From Alphaproteobacteria bacterium (lineage in GTDB: Bacteria > Pseudomonadota > Alphaproteobacteria > UBA828), in contig CBDCCI010000002.1 in the NCBI GenBank assembly GCA_965214705.1, positions 416,001-480,000 on the forward strand: a DNA stretch of 64,000 bases, written 5' to 3'. Made by a program: the position numbers and the translations under genes. Each line of letters begins with the position of its first letter. The first letter of the stretch is position 1. Shown here in pieces: positions 17,997-28,834 of this stretch. The notes under the pieces were generated by a model, which was not told the DNA's origin, did no database searches, and saw only the letters and a list, made by a program, of their open reading frames with translations.

Positions 17997-19531
17997 AGCA
18001 GCCTCTCTGGCCGAACCGCCCGCAATCGGCTAACCACCGACCGCCAAACCGAACGGCGGAGCTGTTTCAGGAGCGACCATGCTTCCGCGGGGCTGTGGAT
18101 GTCCTGTACTCTGTCAAGCAGGCGGCTCCATCTGGTGGCTTGTCCCGTGGCTGTCGCAGAGATGTGATCCACATCATCCAGCGGCTCCGCGAGCCTGATC
18201 TTCAGCTTGGCGGCGGATACCGTCACCAAATCGCCGAAATCCGAGGGCTTGCCGCCGATACGGCGCGCGCGGTGGAGTGCCCACGTCCGGGTAATCGACA
18301 CCTCAGACCCATCCGGGAGTCTCGATACCCCGGCGACCGCGTCTGAAAGTGCTGCGCGCAAACGATGCACGAGCCCCTTGGCGAACACCGCGGCGGCGGG
18401 AATCCTGACGTGGAACGAAGTAGTGGGGAACTCGTCAAGCGCGTTGCCGGCGGTGGCGACGCGTACGCGCGGGTCCGAACCGAACTCGTACTCGATCCAT
18501 GCCTGTCGATCATCATCATCGCACTCAAGCGTTTCGATTCTCACCACGAGGTCATGCACGCGATCGGCCAGGATGGTCCCGACGGACCTGATGACTTGAC
18601 CGGCCGGATGATGTCCCGCTTCGATGGTCACCACGGTCTGTGGAACCGTGAAGATTCGCCTGAGCCTCTCCTTGCGATAGCTGTCGTGGGCAATGAGGTG
18701 AGCCGCCTTGCTGCGCAGTATTCCGCGAATCCTTCGCTTGAAGTCTCGGTTCTCCTCCCACGTGCCCTGATGCCAGGTCGAGGCATCACGAAGCGGCACC
18801 AGCAGTCCACCTTGGGTATAAGCGCGATAGCCGAGTTCGGTGTCATCCACTCCCACACCAAAGCGCATGAACGATTCGTCGCTCCCGCCCAGCAACCAGT
18901 AGAAATCCTTGCGGATACCGAGGTTTCCACCGATCGTCACCTTGAACAGATCGTCAGCTTTCGACGTCAGATCGTTGGTTTCGACCAAGTAGTCTTCGAC
19001 CCAGGGCACGTGTACCGAGCGGTCCGAAAACAGTTCCTTCAAAGGCCCCGATCGGTACCGGATCGTCTCCACGTCGACGTCGTCCACCACCACATGGTTG
19101 TGGAATCCGAGCGTCAGAGCGTCGGAGAGGACGTGGTGCCACCTGGCGTGCGCCGAAATCCAGTCCGTCTCGACGAGCACATCGTTGTCGAGAAAGAGGA
19201 GGATGTCATAAGCGGCCGACCGGACGCCGGTGTTGCGCGCCCTGGCAAGCCCGAACCCGCGCCGAGCTTGGCGCACCACCTTGATGTTCAAGCAGGTTGA
19301 GTGAGGACTCGCGAGCGGAGGCTCCGACCCGTCGTCGACGATCACCACCTCAAAGAGACCCCGCGGGTACGTCTGACCTTCCAGCGACGCCAAGGTTTTC
19401 GCTATCTCGGCGGGAGCTTGGTAGTAGGGAATGATCACGCTGACAGGTCGAGTGGGTGTGAATGCCTCCAGCGCCGGCACGTCCACTTGGCGCCAGTCGT
19501 TGTAGCGTACGGATGCGGCTTCTGGCTTCAT
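17993..19531 (-). CDS. GT2 glycosyltransferase (paralog 1)
   Basis: VSVIIPYY, VVIVDDGS, ARARNTG, LLFLDND, GGSDESF..DDTELGYR; shared SVRYNDW N-terminus. Confidence 0.88.
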   Translation of the reverse strand: MKPEAASVRYNDWRQVDVPALEAFTPTRPVSVIIPYYQAPAEIAKTLASLEGQTYPRGLFEVVIVDDGSEPPLASPHSTCLNIKVVRQARRGFGLARARNTGVRSAAYDILLFLDNDVLVETDWISAHARWHHVLSDALTLGFHNHVVVDDVDVETIRYRSGPLKELFSDRSVHVPWVEDYLVETNDLTSKADDLFKVTIGGNLGIRKDFYWLLGGSDESFMRFGVGVDDTELGYRAYTQGGLLVPLRDASTWHQGTWEENRDFKRRIRGILRSKAAHLIAHDSYRKERLRRIFTVPQTVVTIEAGHHPAGQVIRSVGTILADRVHDLVVRIETLECDDDDRQAWIEYEFGSDPRVRVATAGNALDEFPTTSFHVRIPAAAVFAKGLVHRLRAALSDAVAGVSRLPDGSEVSITRTWALHRARRIGGKPSDFGDLVTVSAAKLKIRLAEPLDDVDHISATATGQATRWSRLLDRVQDIHSPAEAWSLLKQLRRSVWRSVVSRLRAVRPERLL

Positions 19532-19558
19532 CCTTTGTTCCGCACCTATCCGGTTAGC

Positions 19559-20190
19559 CAAGGCAAATTTGTCAAAGCCTGATTTTTGAGTTCTGCGCTA
19601 TCAGTTGACCTTGGGTCTGGTCAGAGCGCGCCAACCCTCAAGACTCGTTTTTCGTCCGCCCGCCATGTGGCGTGAGGTGATCACCAAGCTGACCATTTCA
19701 TTCTCGATGTGGCAGTGTGCCGATCATGGCGACGCTGCCGGGCCTGGGTTCATCCATTGATCTGCGCGCGGTCACGGTGCGCCCGACTTGGCGCGCGCGG
19801 GAGCACCGGCGCTGGGACGAGCTGGTGGCCGAGCACCACTACCTGCGGTTCCACGGTGTCGTCGGCAAGGGGCTGCGCCATGTCGCGGTACATGGGTATC
19901 CCGTCCATCTAGCGGAGACCTTCGTGGATGTCTTGCGCTTTGCCGGCACATGCTATCGCGCGTCGAACCGGCGCTCGCTGGGGCTGACGCGCGGCTTCCG
20001 AGACGAAAACCGCTGCCGGGCCTACGTGCGCCACCTGCCGCGTGATCTCTGCTGCCGGACCAACGCGGCCATCGCCATCGTGCGCTGCGACGGGCGCTTC
20101 CGCTTCCTGCCCGAGGCCAACCGCCACTATGCCGCCCGCGCCCATGAGGCCCTCGACGCGATCCTGATCGCGCCCGCCGCACGATCCCGT
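19559..20190 (+). mobile_element. Internally deleted DUF4338-ISAs1 element
   Basis: Left end CAAGGCAAATTT; DUF4338 start fused through deletions to GYPVHLAETFVD and then to an ISAs1-like C-terminus (FRDENRCR..NAAIAI); right limit approximate. Confidence 0.65.
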
Positions 20191-20426
20191 CGGCGTAACC
20201 GCGCAGCACAGTGCACCAGGACGCGCCGTCGAGTGGCGCGGCGGGATAGCCATGCCCGACGAGCCCGAAACAGGCATCCTGCCGCTCAGGGCCGAACCCA
20301 TGTAGCCGTCCAGCCAAACACCGGCAGGGCCCAGATTAGCCCGAGCCTGTCCGCTTCCGTCATCCCGATCCCTCAGCCGCGATTAAGAGATGTTCCTGTG
20401 CGGGTGGTGACGTGTCAACCGTTGCT

Positions 20427-21673
20427 TTGCGATTCCATCGATAAAGGTTGAACAGGCCTTGAATCAACGCTTTGGGGCGACCGGACAATCCGATGCCGGA
20501 ACTGCCGGCTAACAAAATGCCATTGCTCAGGGGCCGGGCTCGCCCGCGAGCTTCATCAGGAAATCGCCGTAGATACTCTTGCCCCGGGCGGCGTCCCAAT
20601 TCGGCCAGCGCCGCGCGGTCGATCCAGCCGTTCAGGAAGGCGATCTCTTCCGGTACGGCGATGCGCTGGTTCTGGCGCTTCTCGATGATCTGCACGAACG
20701 CGGCTGCCTCCACTAGGCTGTCGTGCGTCCCGATGTCGAACCAAGTGTATCCCCGGCCCAACTGCTCGACCTGGAGGTCGCCGCGATCGAGATAGCGCCG
20801 GTTGACGTCGCTGATCTCAAGCTCGCCGCGGGCGCTCGGCCTGACCTCTTCGGCGATGCGGACGACGTCATTGTCGTAGAAGTAGAGCCCCGTCACCGCC
20901 CAGCGAGAGCGCGGCCGCTCAGGCTTCTCCTCAATGGACTTGGCGCGGCCCGCCTCATCGAAGGCGACGACGCCGTAGCGCTCGGGATCGTGAACCCGGT
21001 AGCCGAATACAGTGGCGCCCTTCTCGCGGGCGGCGGCGCGGCGCAGCTTCTCGCTCAGCCCGTGCCCATAAAAGATGTTGTCGCCGAGCGCAAGGGCGCA
21101 GGCATCGTTCCCTATAAAATCCTTGCCGATGAGAAAGGCCTGGGCGATCCCGTCGGGGCTCGGCTGCACCGCATGGCGAAGCGCGAGGCCCCACTCGCTG
21201 CCGTCGCCCAGCAGCTGCCGGAAGCTGGGGCTGTCCTGGGGCGTGGCGATCACCAGGATGTCCCGGATCCCGGCCAGCATCAGCGTGCTGAGAGGATAAT
21301 AGATCATGGGTTTGTCGTAGACGGGCAGGAGTTGCTTGCTGCTGACGCTCGTGACCGGGTGGAGCCGCGTGCCCGCTCCGCCTGCGAGAACGATGCCTTT
21401 CATCCTGTTCTCATCCGCCGTGATCCCGGGTTCGTCCATCCCACGAGGTTTCGCGCCGCGCTCTCAGGCTCCCGCCGGGCCGACGCCATCCCTGGCGCAC
21501 ATGTAGCGCTCCAGCGCGTCATGCCACGCCGGCAGGGGGCCGAACGCTGCCGCGACCCTGGAATTGTCAAGCACACTATAGCACGGGCGCGCCGCACGCA
21601 CCGGGTATTCTCCGGTCGCGCACGGGATGACATCCGCCGGGATGGCCGCGCGGGACACGATCGCGCGCGCGAA
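20427..21673. repeat. 1247-bp direct repeat, copy 1 (rfbA plus 3' end of rfbD)
   Basis: Appears identical to 45452..46698 (offset 25025); the translated ORFs are identical. Confidence 0.92.
20527..21403 (-). CDS. rfbA: Glucose-1-phosphate thymidylyltransferase, with a 1-nt frameshift near 20583 altering the last ~18 aa
   Basis: [40 protein letters not shown]; the native tail GKSIYGDFL lies in another frame. Confidence 0.92.
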
Positions 21674-22360
21674 TTCGAACCAGGTCGCTGATCCGCCGTT
21701 GACCGCGTGGTAGATCCCGGGCGCGCAGCCGCCGGTCAGCATCCGCACGACGACGCGGGCCACGTCCACAGTCGCGGTCGGGGACATGGTCTGGTCATCG
21801 ACGACCCGGAGGGCCCCTTTCTTCCGCCCGGCGCGAATCATCGTCTCCACGAAGTTTCCGCACTTGCCGCCGGCACCCGCCGCCCCGAACAGGGAGGCCG
21901 TACGCAGGATGAAGGCGTCGTCGCAGGCGAGGCGGGCGAGCGCCTCCCCCATCGCCTTGGAGGCGCCGTAGACGTTGACCGGTGCGATCGGGTCGTCCTC
22001 CCGGAGCGGCCGTTGCTGCGACGGGTTCCCGCCGAACACGTAGTCCGTGCTCACGTGAAGAAGGCGGGCCCGCTTGTCTGCGCAGATGCGTGCGATCGAC
22101 TGCACGGCGTGCGCGTTGACCGCGAACGCAGCCGTTGCGTCGTCCTCGGCCCGGTCCACGTGCGTGTAGGCCGCGCAATTGACCAGTCCGTCGAACTGCA
22201 GGCCGCCAAGCACGCGCTCGACCGACCCGGCGTCCGCCACGTCCAGCGCCGCGCGTGGGAGCGGTACGAGGTCGAACGCGTCTTTCGCCGCCGCATGCGC
22301 GCGGCGGATGTCGTGCCCGAGCTGGCCGTCAGGGCCAAGCAGCAGCACCTTCAGGGGCAT
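21464..22360 (-). CDS. rfbD: dTDP-4-dehydrorhamnose reductase
   Basis: LLLGPDGQLG, NCAAYTHVDRAE, HVSTDYVFGG, YGASKAMGE, VVDDQ, RPCYSVLD. Confidence 0.93.
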   Translation of the reverse strand: MPLKVLLLGPDGQLGHDIRRAHAAAKDAFDLVPLPRAALDVADAGSVERVLGGLQFDGLVNCAAYTHVDRAEDDATAAFAVNAHAVQSIARICADKRARLLHVSTDYVFGGNPSQQRPLREDDPIAPVNVYGASKAMGEALARLACDDAFILRTASLFGAAGAGGKCGNFVETMIRAGRKKGALRVVDDQTMSPTATVDVARVVVRMLTGGCAPGIYHAVNGGSATWFEFARAIVSRAAIPADVIPCATGEYPVRAARPCYSVLDNSRVAAAFGPLPAWHDALERYMCARDGVGPAGA

Positions 22361-22368
22361 CGGGCCAC

Positions 22369-23430
22369 CTAGCCTCGGTGCAGGCCCTGGCGCCGGCCGT
22401 CCTCGAAGCCGTCTTCTCGGATCGCCTGCCACCACCAGCGGTTCTCGAGATACCAGCGCACCGTGCGCCCCAGGCCCTCGTGCAGATCGACGGACGGTTG
22501 CCATCCGAGTTCCCAGCGCACGCGGCTGGAATTGATCGCGTAGCGGCGGTCGTGCCCCGGGCGATCGGTGACGAACTCGATGAGATCCGCGTGCGGGCGG
22601 TGGGGGCTGTCGGGGACCAGCTCGTCCATCCAGCCGCAGAGCGCCCGCACCATGTCGATGTTGGCGATCTCCGCATCAGCGCCAACGTTGTAGACCTCGC
22701 CCGGTGTTCCCGCGTCCGCGATGAGCTCCAGGGCGCGGGCATGGTCTTCTACGAAGAGCCAGTCACGCACGTTGCCGCCGTCGCCGTAGACGGGGATGGG
22801 CCGGCCCTCCAGAGCCGCCAGGATGACGACGGGAACCAGCTTCTCCGGCATCTGGTAGGGGCCATAGTTGTTGGAGCAGTGGCTGACGAGGACTGGCAGG
22901 CCGAAGGTGCGGTGCCACGCGCGCGCGAAATGGTCGGAGGCCGCCTTGCTCGCCGAGTAGGGCGAGTTGGGCCGGTACGGTGTGGTATCGGTGAAGACGC
23001 CCTCGGCGCCAAGCGAGCCGTAGACTTCATCGGTGGAGACGTGGAGAAAGCGAAAGCGCGCCTGCTTCGCGCCCTCCAGGCCTTTTCAGTACTCGGTTGC
23101 GGCCTGGAGCAGCGTGACCGTTCCCCGCACGTTGGTGGTGACGAAGTCCATGGGGCTGTTGATGGAGCGATCCACGTGGGATTCCGCGGCAAGGTGAAGC
23201 ACCGCATCCGGCCGGGTCTCGGCGAAGATCCGCCGCACGGCGTCGCCGTCGCGGATGTCGGCCTGCTCGAAGCGGTGGTTTGGCGCATCGAGAGCCGGCC
23301 CGAGGGACTGAACGTGCCCAGCGTAGGTCAGCATGTCCAGGGTCGTGATGCTTTTGCCGAGCGTCACCAGCCGCCGCGCAACGCAGGAACCGATGAAGCC
23401 CGCCCCGCCGGTCAGCAGTATCCGTTCCAC
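22369..23430 (-). pseudogene. rfbB: dTDP-glucose 4,6-dehydratase with an in-frame premature TGA at 23086-23088
   Basis: TGGAGFIGS, HLAAESHVDRSI, then Y*KGL..FLHVSTDEVYGSL, RDWLFVEDH and DRPGHDRRYAI, all in one frame. Confidence 0.9.
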
Positions 23431-23917
23431 GAGTCCCTCATTCTCCGCGAGCCCGACATTGCGGGATGTCGATGCGGCGTACTCCTGAGGTGGCCCCGGT
23501 TTGCCGGACAGTCTGGCGGCTGGGTTAAGGTGTGGTCCTGAAATCGACATTACGGGAGTGCGTCAGGTAGTGGAGTGGGTCGCTTTCTCTCCTGCATATG
23601 TGTTACATTACAGGTGATTGGGCCGTTTCACAAGAGTATTGTGGCGGTTTTTGTCTGATATAAAATTTTGCGCCTCGAACCGATCAGTTGCAATCAGGGA
23701 AGTGATAGCGTATGTCTGGCGTGGCGAGGCTGTCATCCGGGAGAAACACGCGGTGGATATGCGTGTATGCAGAGAGGGTAAGGCGGTTGAATGACTGCGG
23801 CGTATCGAGATGGGAAAGTCGTAACCTCATTCTATGTATCATTGTAGGTGATAATGGCAAGAACGAGGGTGTGATTGGGGGCATCGGGCCGTGTTGCCGT
23901 GTCACCAGGGCGCCCTC

Positions 23918-24045
23918 ATGAGCCGCTGGCCGGCGGAGCGCCGCACACAGCACGCGGTGATGGCGACGGCAAGCGAATGGGCGCGCATTCGCGAACTCGC
24001 TGCCGACGCGGGCATGGATATCTCGCGCTACCTCGTGCACAAGTA
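23918..24045 (+). pseudogene. MobC-like RHH fragment (paralog of 4458)
   Basis: HAVMATASEWARIRELAADAGMDISRYLVH. Confidence 0.5.
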
Positions 24046-24990
24046 TGAGGCAGAGGCGCCGCTGATCTGCGGCATTGACGTGGCGCTTCGCCGGGGCCTC
24101 TCCCTCGACACGGTCGAGCGGACGGCACTCGAAGCCGCCTGCATGGCCTGGCGGCGTGCGCCGGAGAGCGAGCCCGACGGACAGATCGACACGACATCGG
24201 CCCCGCCCTTGAAGCGGTGGTATTCAGGGGCGTCGAGGATGTGGAGCGGCACTTCCGCGCGACCATCGAGCCTCAGCTCGCATGCAACCGGGACCTTGTC
24301 GAGGATCTGGAATCCCTTGCCGCAGAATACGGGTTCGGCTCCAACGGACTGGTCGGCCGCCTCTCGATCGAGTGGCTGCGCTCCTACCCCGAGCTGAACG
24401 GTCACGCGCTGACGGAACTGATGACCTGCGCGCTCGAGAACGCCCCGCGCGACGCGGTGCGCGAGCTGATCGTCGATTGCCGCGACAGGGTGCATCCGGA
24501 CGAGCGCGCGAAGCTCGTTTGGCTGTCGGTGGCCTGCGTCATGGACCCCGCAAGCTACAGGCAGGCGCTCCTCGAGGCGGCGGACAACAGTCCCGACTTC
24601 ACCGAGTTCGTCCGGGAGCAGGTCGGGCGCATGTTCCGCTTCGCCGAAACGCCGCTCGATTCCCTCCTGTTCGTCGTGGAGGCATTCGGCGCGCGCTGGC
24701 CGAGGATGATGGAACGGCCCGGAAGCGGGCGTGGGGGCCGAGGCTGGAACGATCCCCGGGACGCGAGCGCGTTCATCGAAAGCACCATCCACGCCATCGC
24801 AAACCGGCCCGAGCCGGAGGCGGGCGAGGCGTTGCAGGTCGCGATCGCGAGCCATGCGCCGAGCTATGCCGATACGGCGAAACAGGCGCTTGCGTTCCAG
24901 CACTGGGCCAGGCGGGAATTCGAGTACGAGATCCCCACCGTCGACGGGTTCCGTGCATTCCTGGGGAAGGCGCCGGACGGGTCGCACTAA
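24045..24990 (+). pseudogene. C-terminal fragment of a large helical protein (possibly a NACHT/STAND-type defence protein)
   Basis: Coding-like ORF 24217..24990 with a frameshifted upstream part; the family guess rests only on the recalled W.DP.DA..FI pattern and island context. Confidence 0.3.
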
Positions 24991-25105
24991 CTGGCCGACC
25001 CCGAATTCGAGTCGGACGGTGACGCCATGTGAGCGCGTGACGAGCTTCGATGCCGTTGCACTTTTCGCGTATGCTTCCACGGATGCCGATGGGACCAGGG
25101 CGGTA

Positions 25106-25258
25106 GTGACCGCTGATGACGTCATGACGGTAAGCGAAGCGGTGGACTATCTGAAGGTCGTTGACCGCACGATCTACAGGCTGGTCGCCAACGGAGACAT
25201 GCCGGGTTTCAACGTCGGCGGCTCGTGGCGGTTCAGAAAATTCGAGATCGACCGGTAG
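25106..25258 (+). CDS. Small excisionase/MerR-like HTH regulator (50 aa) heading the defence operon
   Basis: VMTVSEAVDYLKVVDRTIYRLVANGDMPGFNVGGSWRF is a typical HTH_17 pattern. Confidence 0.8.
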   Translation: MTADDVMTVSEAVDYLKVVDRTIYRLVANGDMPGFNVGGSWRFRKFEIDR

Positions 25259-25314
25259 ACAAACGCGAACGGGGTTGGCCCGAGTGAGGAAAGCAAGCGG
25301 ATGACGGGCGAGCG

Positions 25315-28300
25315 ATGACGGTCCCGACGATATTCGATTCCTGCCGCCCGCGCCCGGACGTTTTGGCAGGCGCGGTGGCGGAGGCCGATTTTGCGGCAGA
25401 TCTGGCGCAGGTGATTGTTGGCAAAGGGAGGGACGACTATGTCGATCCGGCATGTTTCTTCGCCAACACCTATCCGACGAGGGGCCTCAGGAACCTGCTG
25501 GCGAATGTCTGTGGCCGGCTGAGCGGCGCGGGCGGTGAAGCCGCATCGATTTTCCGCCTCGACACGTCTTATGGCGGGGGCAAGTCGCACGGCTTGATCG
25601 CGTTGTGCCACGCCGCGCGCAGCGGCGTCGATGTGCCGGGGATCGCGGAGTTTGTGGATCCCGCGCTGCTGCCGAGGGGTCGCGTTCGCATCGCCGCTTT
25701 CGATGGCGAGAACGCGGATCCGGCAAACGGCCGCCGGATGGACGGAGGGCATCTCGCGTTCACTCCTTGGGGCGAAATTGCCTCCGCGCTGGGTGGCAAG
25801 GACGGCTACGAGCGAATACGCACGAGCGACGAGACCCGGGTCGCTCCAGGCGCCGAGACGATACGGGAGCTCTTCGGAGGGGAACCGACGCTCATCCTGC
25901 TCGACGAGCTATCCGTCTATCTGCGCAAGGTCAGCAGCCTCGGGAACGCCGGCGATCAGCTGACAGCGTTTCTGACATCGCTGTTCAAGGCCGTTGAGAA
26001 CACGTCCAACGCGGTCCTCGTCTACACGCTGGCGATCGGCAAGGACGGGCGGGCGACCGACGCCTATCGGGACGAAAACCAGGTCATCGCAGACGGTATG
26101 GCGGAGGCGGAGAGCGTGTCGGCGCGCAAGGCGACGCTGCTCAACCCGACCGAAGAGGACGAGACGGTTCAGGTCCTTCGACGCCGCCTGTTCGAATCCA
26201 TCGACGAAACGGCGGCGGGCGCCGCCGCGGAAGCCTACCGGGTGCAGTGGGACGCCCACAGGGCCGCGTTGCCGGAAACCGCGACGCGGCCTGAGACCGG
26301 CGAGGCGTTCCGTTCCGGTTATCCCCTGCACCCCGAAGTGCTGGAGACCCTGACGTCCAAGACGGCGACGCTGGGCAATTTCCAGCGAGTGCGGGGCATG
26401 CTGCGGCTCCTGGCGCGCACGGTGGCGCATCTGTGGGAGGAGCGGCCTGCCGACGCGACGGCAATTCACCTGCACCACATGGATCCGGGACACGAGCCCA
26501 TCCGGCAGGAGATCGTGACGCGCCTGGAACAGTCCGCGTTTGCGCCGACGATTTCCAACGATGTGTCTGCCGGACCGGAAAGCAAGGCGGCGTTGGCTCA
26601 GGAGATTGATGCCGCGCATCACGGAGGCCTGCCGCCCTACGCCTCCTATGTCGCCCGCACCATCTTCATGCACACGCTCGCCTTCAACGACCCCTTGAAG
26701 GGAGTCTCGCCGGAGCGGCTTCGCTATTCGGTGCTGGGGCCGGAGACGGACATCAGCTTTGTGGAGGAGGCGCGCAGGAAGTTCCTCGCCGATTCCGCTT
26801 ATCTCGACGACCGGCCCGGGACGCCGATGCGCTTTCTGGCGGAAGCCAACCTGACTCAGATCATCCGCCGCACGGAAGACCATGTCGACGCCGGTGACGC
26901 GCGCGCGGAGTTGAACGACCGCATCCGCGAGATATTCGACGGCAAGACGCTCGACGCGGTGCCGTTTCCCGGCGGCCCGTTCGATGTGGCCGACGAAGTT
27001 GCGGACGGCCGCCCGATGCTGGTTGTGCTCGGATTTGAGGCCGTGACCATCGGGACGTCCGTCGAAGCCGTGCCGGGATTGATCGAACGCATCTTCGAGA
27101 GGAAGGGATCGGAAGGATCGGCGCTGCGCGTGCTCCGCAATAATCTGGTTTTCGTGGCCGCCGACGAGGCACGCAAGGAAGACATGCGCCGCAAGGCGTA
27201 TCGCCGGCTTGCGTTGCGGGAGATGAAGAAGCCGGAACGTCTTGTTGAGTTGGCGGAGCACCAACAGGCCAATGTGCGCGAGATGGAGCAGCGATCCGAG
27301 CAGGAACTCGCCCTCGCCATCCAACAGTGCTACCGGCACGTGTTCTATCCGTCCCGAAACCGTGTCGGCGGGAGCGATGCCGATCTGGCCCATACGGCGA
27401 TCGACACCCACTCCGCATCCGATCGGCCGGGCGCCGGGCAACGACAGGTCGTGCGGACACTGCGCGACTTGAACAAGCTGCGCCTGTCCGAGGACGAGCC
27501 GGATTCGCCCGCCTATGTGCGTGACCGGACGCCGCTCAGGAAGGGGCAGATTTCGACCCTGTCGCTGCGGGACGAGTTCCGCCGCGATCCGGCGCTGCCG
27601 ATCCTGGTTGGTGACGACATCTTCATTCGCGGCGTGAGGCGGGGCATTGAGCAGGGCGAGTACGTGTACCGGCGCGGAGACCTGCTGTTCGGACCGGACG
27701 ATCCGGCGGCGGGGATCGAGATCGACGAGCAGTCGATGATTTTCACGATGGCCTACGCGAAGAATGTCGGCGTCTGGCCACGGAAGCCCGCCGAGCCTCC
27801 GGAACCGCAGCCGACCGTCCCTGTACAGGGCGGCACAACCGAACCGGCGGGCGGTGGATCGGTTCCACCTCCAGGTCCGCCGCACGGCGAGGGGGCCGAA
27901 CCAGGTTCGTTCACTGCCGAGGGGGTTCTCAGGGAAGCGCTCGTGCGGCTCTGGGAACAGGCCCGCGCGAAGAAAGTGGAAGCCATCGGCTCGCTGACCA
28001 TCCGGCTGTTCGAGGCCGGTGACGCATTCCGGCTTCTCGGTGCCATCGGCGCCGTGTCGGGCGCGGACAGGATCGTCACCTTCGAGGGCGGCTACGAGAC
28101 GCGCGACGGCGGAACGTTCGAACTGGAGTTCCGGGGGCCGGTGCCCGATGCGCAACCGGTCCGGGAATTCCTCGAGCCGCAGCTTCGCGATGCCAGTTCA
28201 ACAGACCTCAGGGCCGGGTTCGAGTTGACCTTCGAAGACGGCCTGCCGATGAATGGCGACGCTGCGGAGAGGCTGACCGAACGGCTGAGCCGGTTCTCGA

Positions 28301-28344
28301 GTGGGGCCGCGTATGTTTCGGCGACAGCGGAGGCCAAGGCGTAG
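25315..28344 (+). CDS. DUF499 AAA+ ATPase (restriction-like / BREX-related system)
   Basis: FFANTYPT.GL, LDTSYGGGKSH, TPWGEIA, LILLDE, YPLHPE, FQRVRGMLRLLA. Confidence 0.88.
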   Translation: MTVPTIFDSCRPRPDVLAGAVAEADFAADLAQVIVGKGRDDYVDPACFFANTYPTRGLRNLLANVCGRLSGAGGEAASIFRLDTSYGGGKSHGLIALCHAARSGVDVPGIAEFVDPALLPRGRVRIAAFDGENADPANGRRMDGGHLAFTPWGEIASALGGKDGYERIRTSDETRVAPGAETIRELFGGEPTLILLDELSVYLRKVSSLGNAGDQLTAFLTSLFKAVENTSNAVLVYTLAIGKDGRATDAYRDENQVIADGMAEAESVSARKATLLNPTEEDETVQVLRRRLFESIDETAAGAAAEAYRVQWDAHRAALPETATRPETGEAFRSGYPLHPEVLETLTSKTATLGNFQRVRGMLRLLARTVAHLWEERPADATAIHLHHMDPGHEPIRQEIVTRLEQSAFAPTISNDVSAGPESKAALAQEIDAAHHGGLPPYASYVARTIFMHTLAFNDPLKGVSPERLRYSVLGPETDISFVEEARRKFLADSAYLDDRPGTPMRFLAEANLTQIIRRTEDHVDAGDARAELNDRIREIFDGKTLDAVPFPGGPFDVADEVADGRPMLVVLGFEAVTIGTSVEAVPGLIERIFERKGSEGSALRVLRNNLVFVAADEARKEDMRRKAYRRLALREMKKPERLVELAEHQQANVREMEQRSEQELALAIQQCYRHVFYPSRNRVGGSDADLAHTAIDTHSASDRPGAGQRQVVRTLRDLNKLRLSEDEPDSPAYVRDRTPLRKGQISTLSLRDEFRRDPALPILVGDDIFIRGVRRGIEQGEYVYRRGDLLFGPDDPAAGIEIDEQSMIFTMAYAKNVGVWPRKPAEPPEPQPTVPVQGGTTEPAGGGSVPPPGPPHGEGAEPGSFTAEGVLREALVRLWEQARAKKVEAIGSLTIRLFEAGDAFRLLGAIGAVSGADRIVTFEGGYETRDGGTFELEFRGPVPDAQPVREFLEPQLRDASSTDLRAGFELTFEDGLPMNGDAAERLTERLSRFSSGAAYVSATAEAKA

Positions 28345-28824
28345 GTGGCACGTCTGGAACGCATATTCGATGTCGAGACGCCGGAGTCCGCGCCGCGTTA
28401 CGAGTTGCGGGTGCGGCGTCGCGGGCCGGCGGAGGCTGGGTACGAGATATGGCAACTGCCGGCGCCCGCCTCGCCGCATGTGACCTGTGCGACGCGCGTC
28501 GCCGGGCTGCGAGGGCGCAATCTCGAACTGGTGGAGCATCTGGTGCTGAGACGGTTGTCGGAGGCCGGCGTCAAGCTCGGTAGGCGCGCCGACGCGACGA
28601 AGCGCGGCTATGCGCTGACGGAAGACCTTGCGCTGATGCTGGGGCTCCTGTTCCGTACCCTGGCGCCGATGCGCAGCCGAGATAACATGAGAGCAGTGGC
28701 CGAAGGAATTGAGGTAATGGGCCGCGAGGAGGCCGCATACTGGTTGGGAATGGCCATGCATCGCAAGCATCCCCGCCGGGTACTGACCGCGCTGAGGTGC
28801 CTGTTGACGGCGCCGAAGCGGTAG
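28345..28824 (+). CDS. Small accessory protein of the DUF499 operon (DUF3780-equivalent position)
   Basis: Directly abuts the ATPase stop; C-terminal EEAAYWL..A..R..ALR.LL pattern. Confidence 0.65.
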   Translation: MARLERIFDVETPESAPRYELRVRRRGPAEAGYEIWQLPAPASPHVTCATRVAGLRGRNLELVEHLVLRRLSEAGVKLGRRADATKRGYALTEDLALMLGLLFRTLAPMRSRDNMRAVAEGIEVMGREEAAYWLGMAMHRKHPRRVLTALRCLLTAPKR

Positions 28825-28834
28825 CACGGAAGTC

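Noticed and set aside
23086-23088. TGA recoded as Trp (alternative genetic code)
   Set aside because: TGA terminates many genes here at homologous C-termini and TGG is used throughout; this is a single nonsense mutation or sequencing error.
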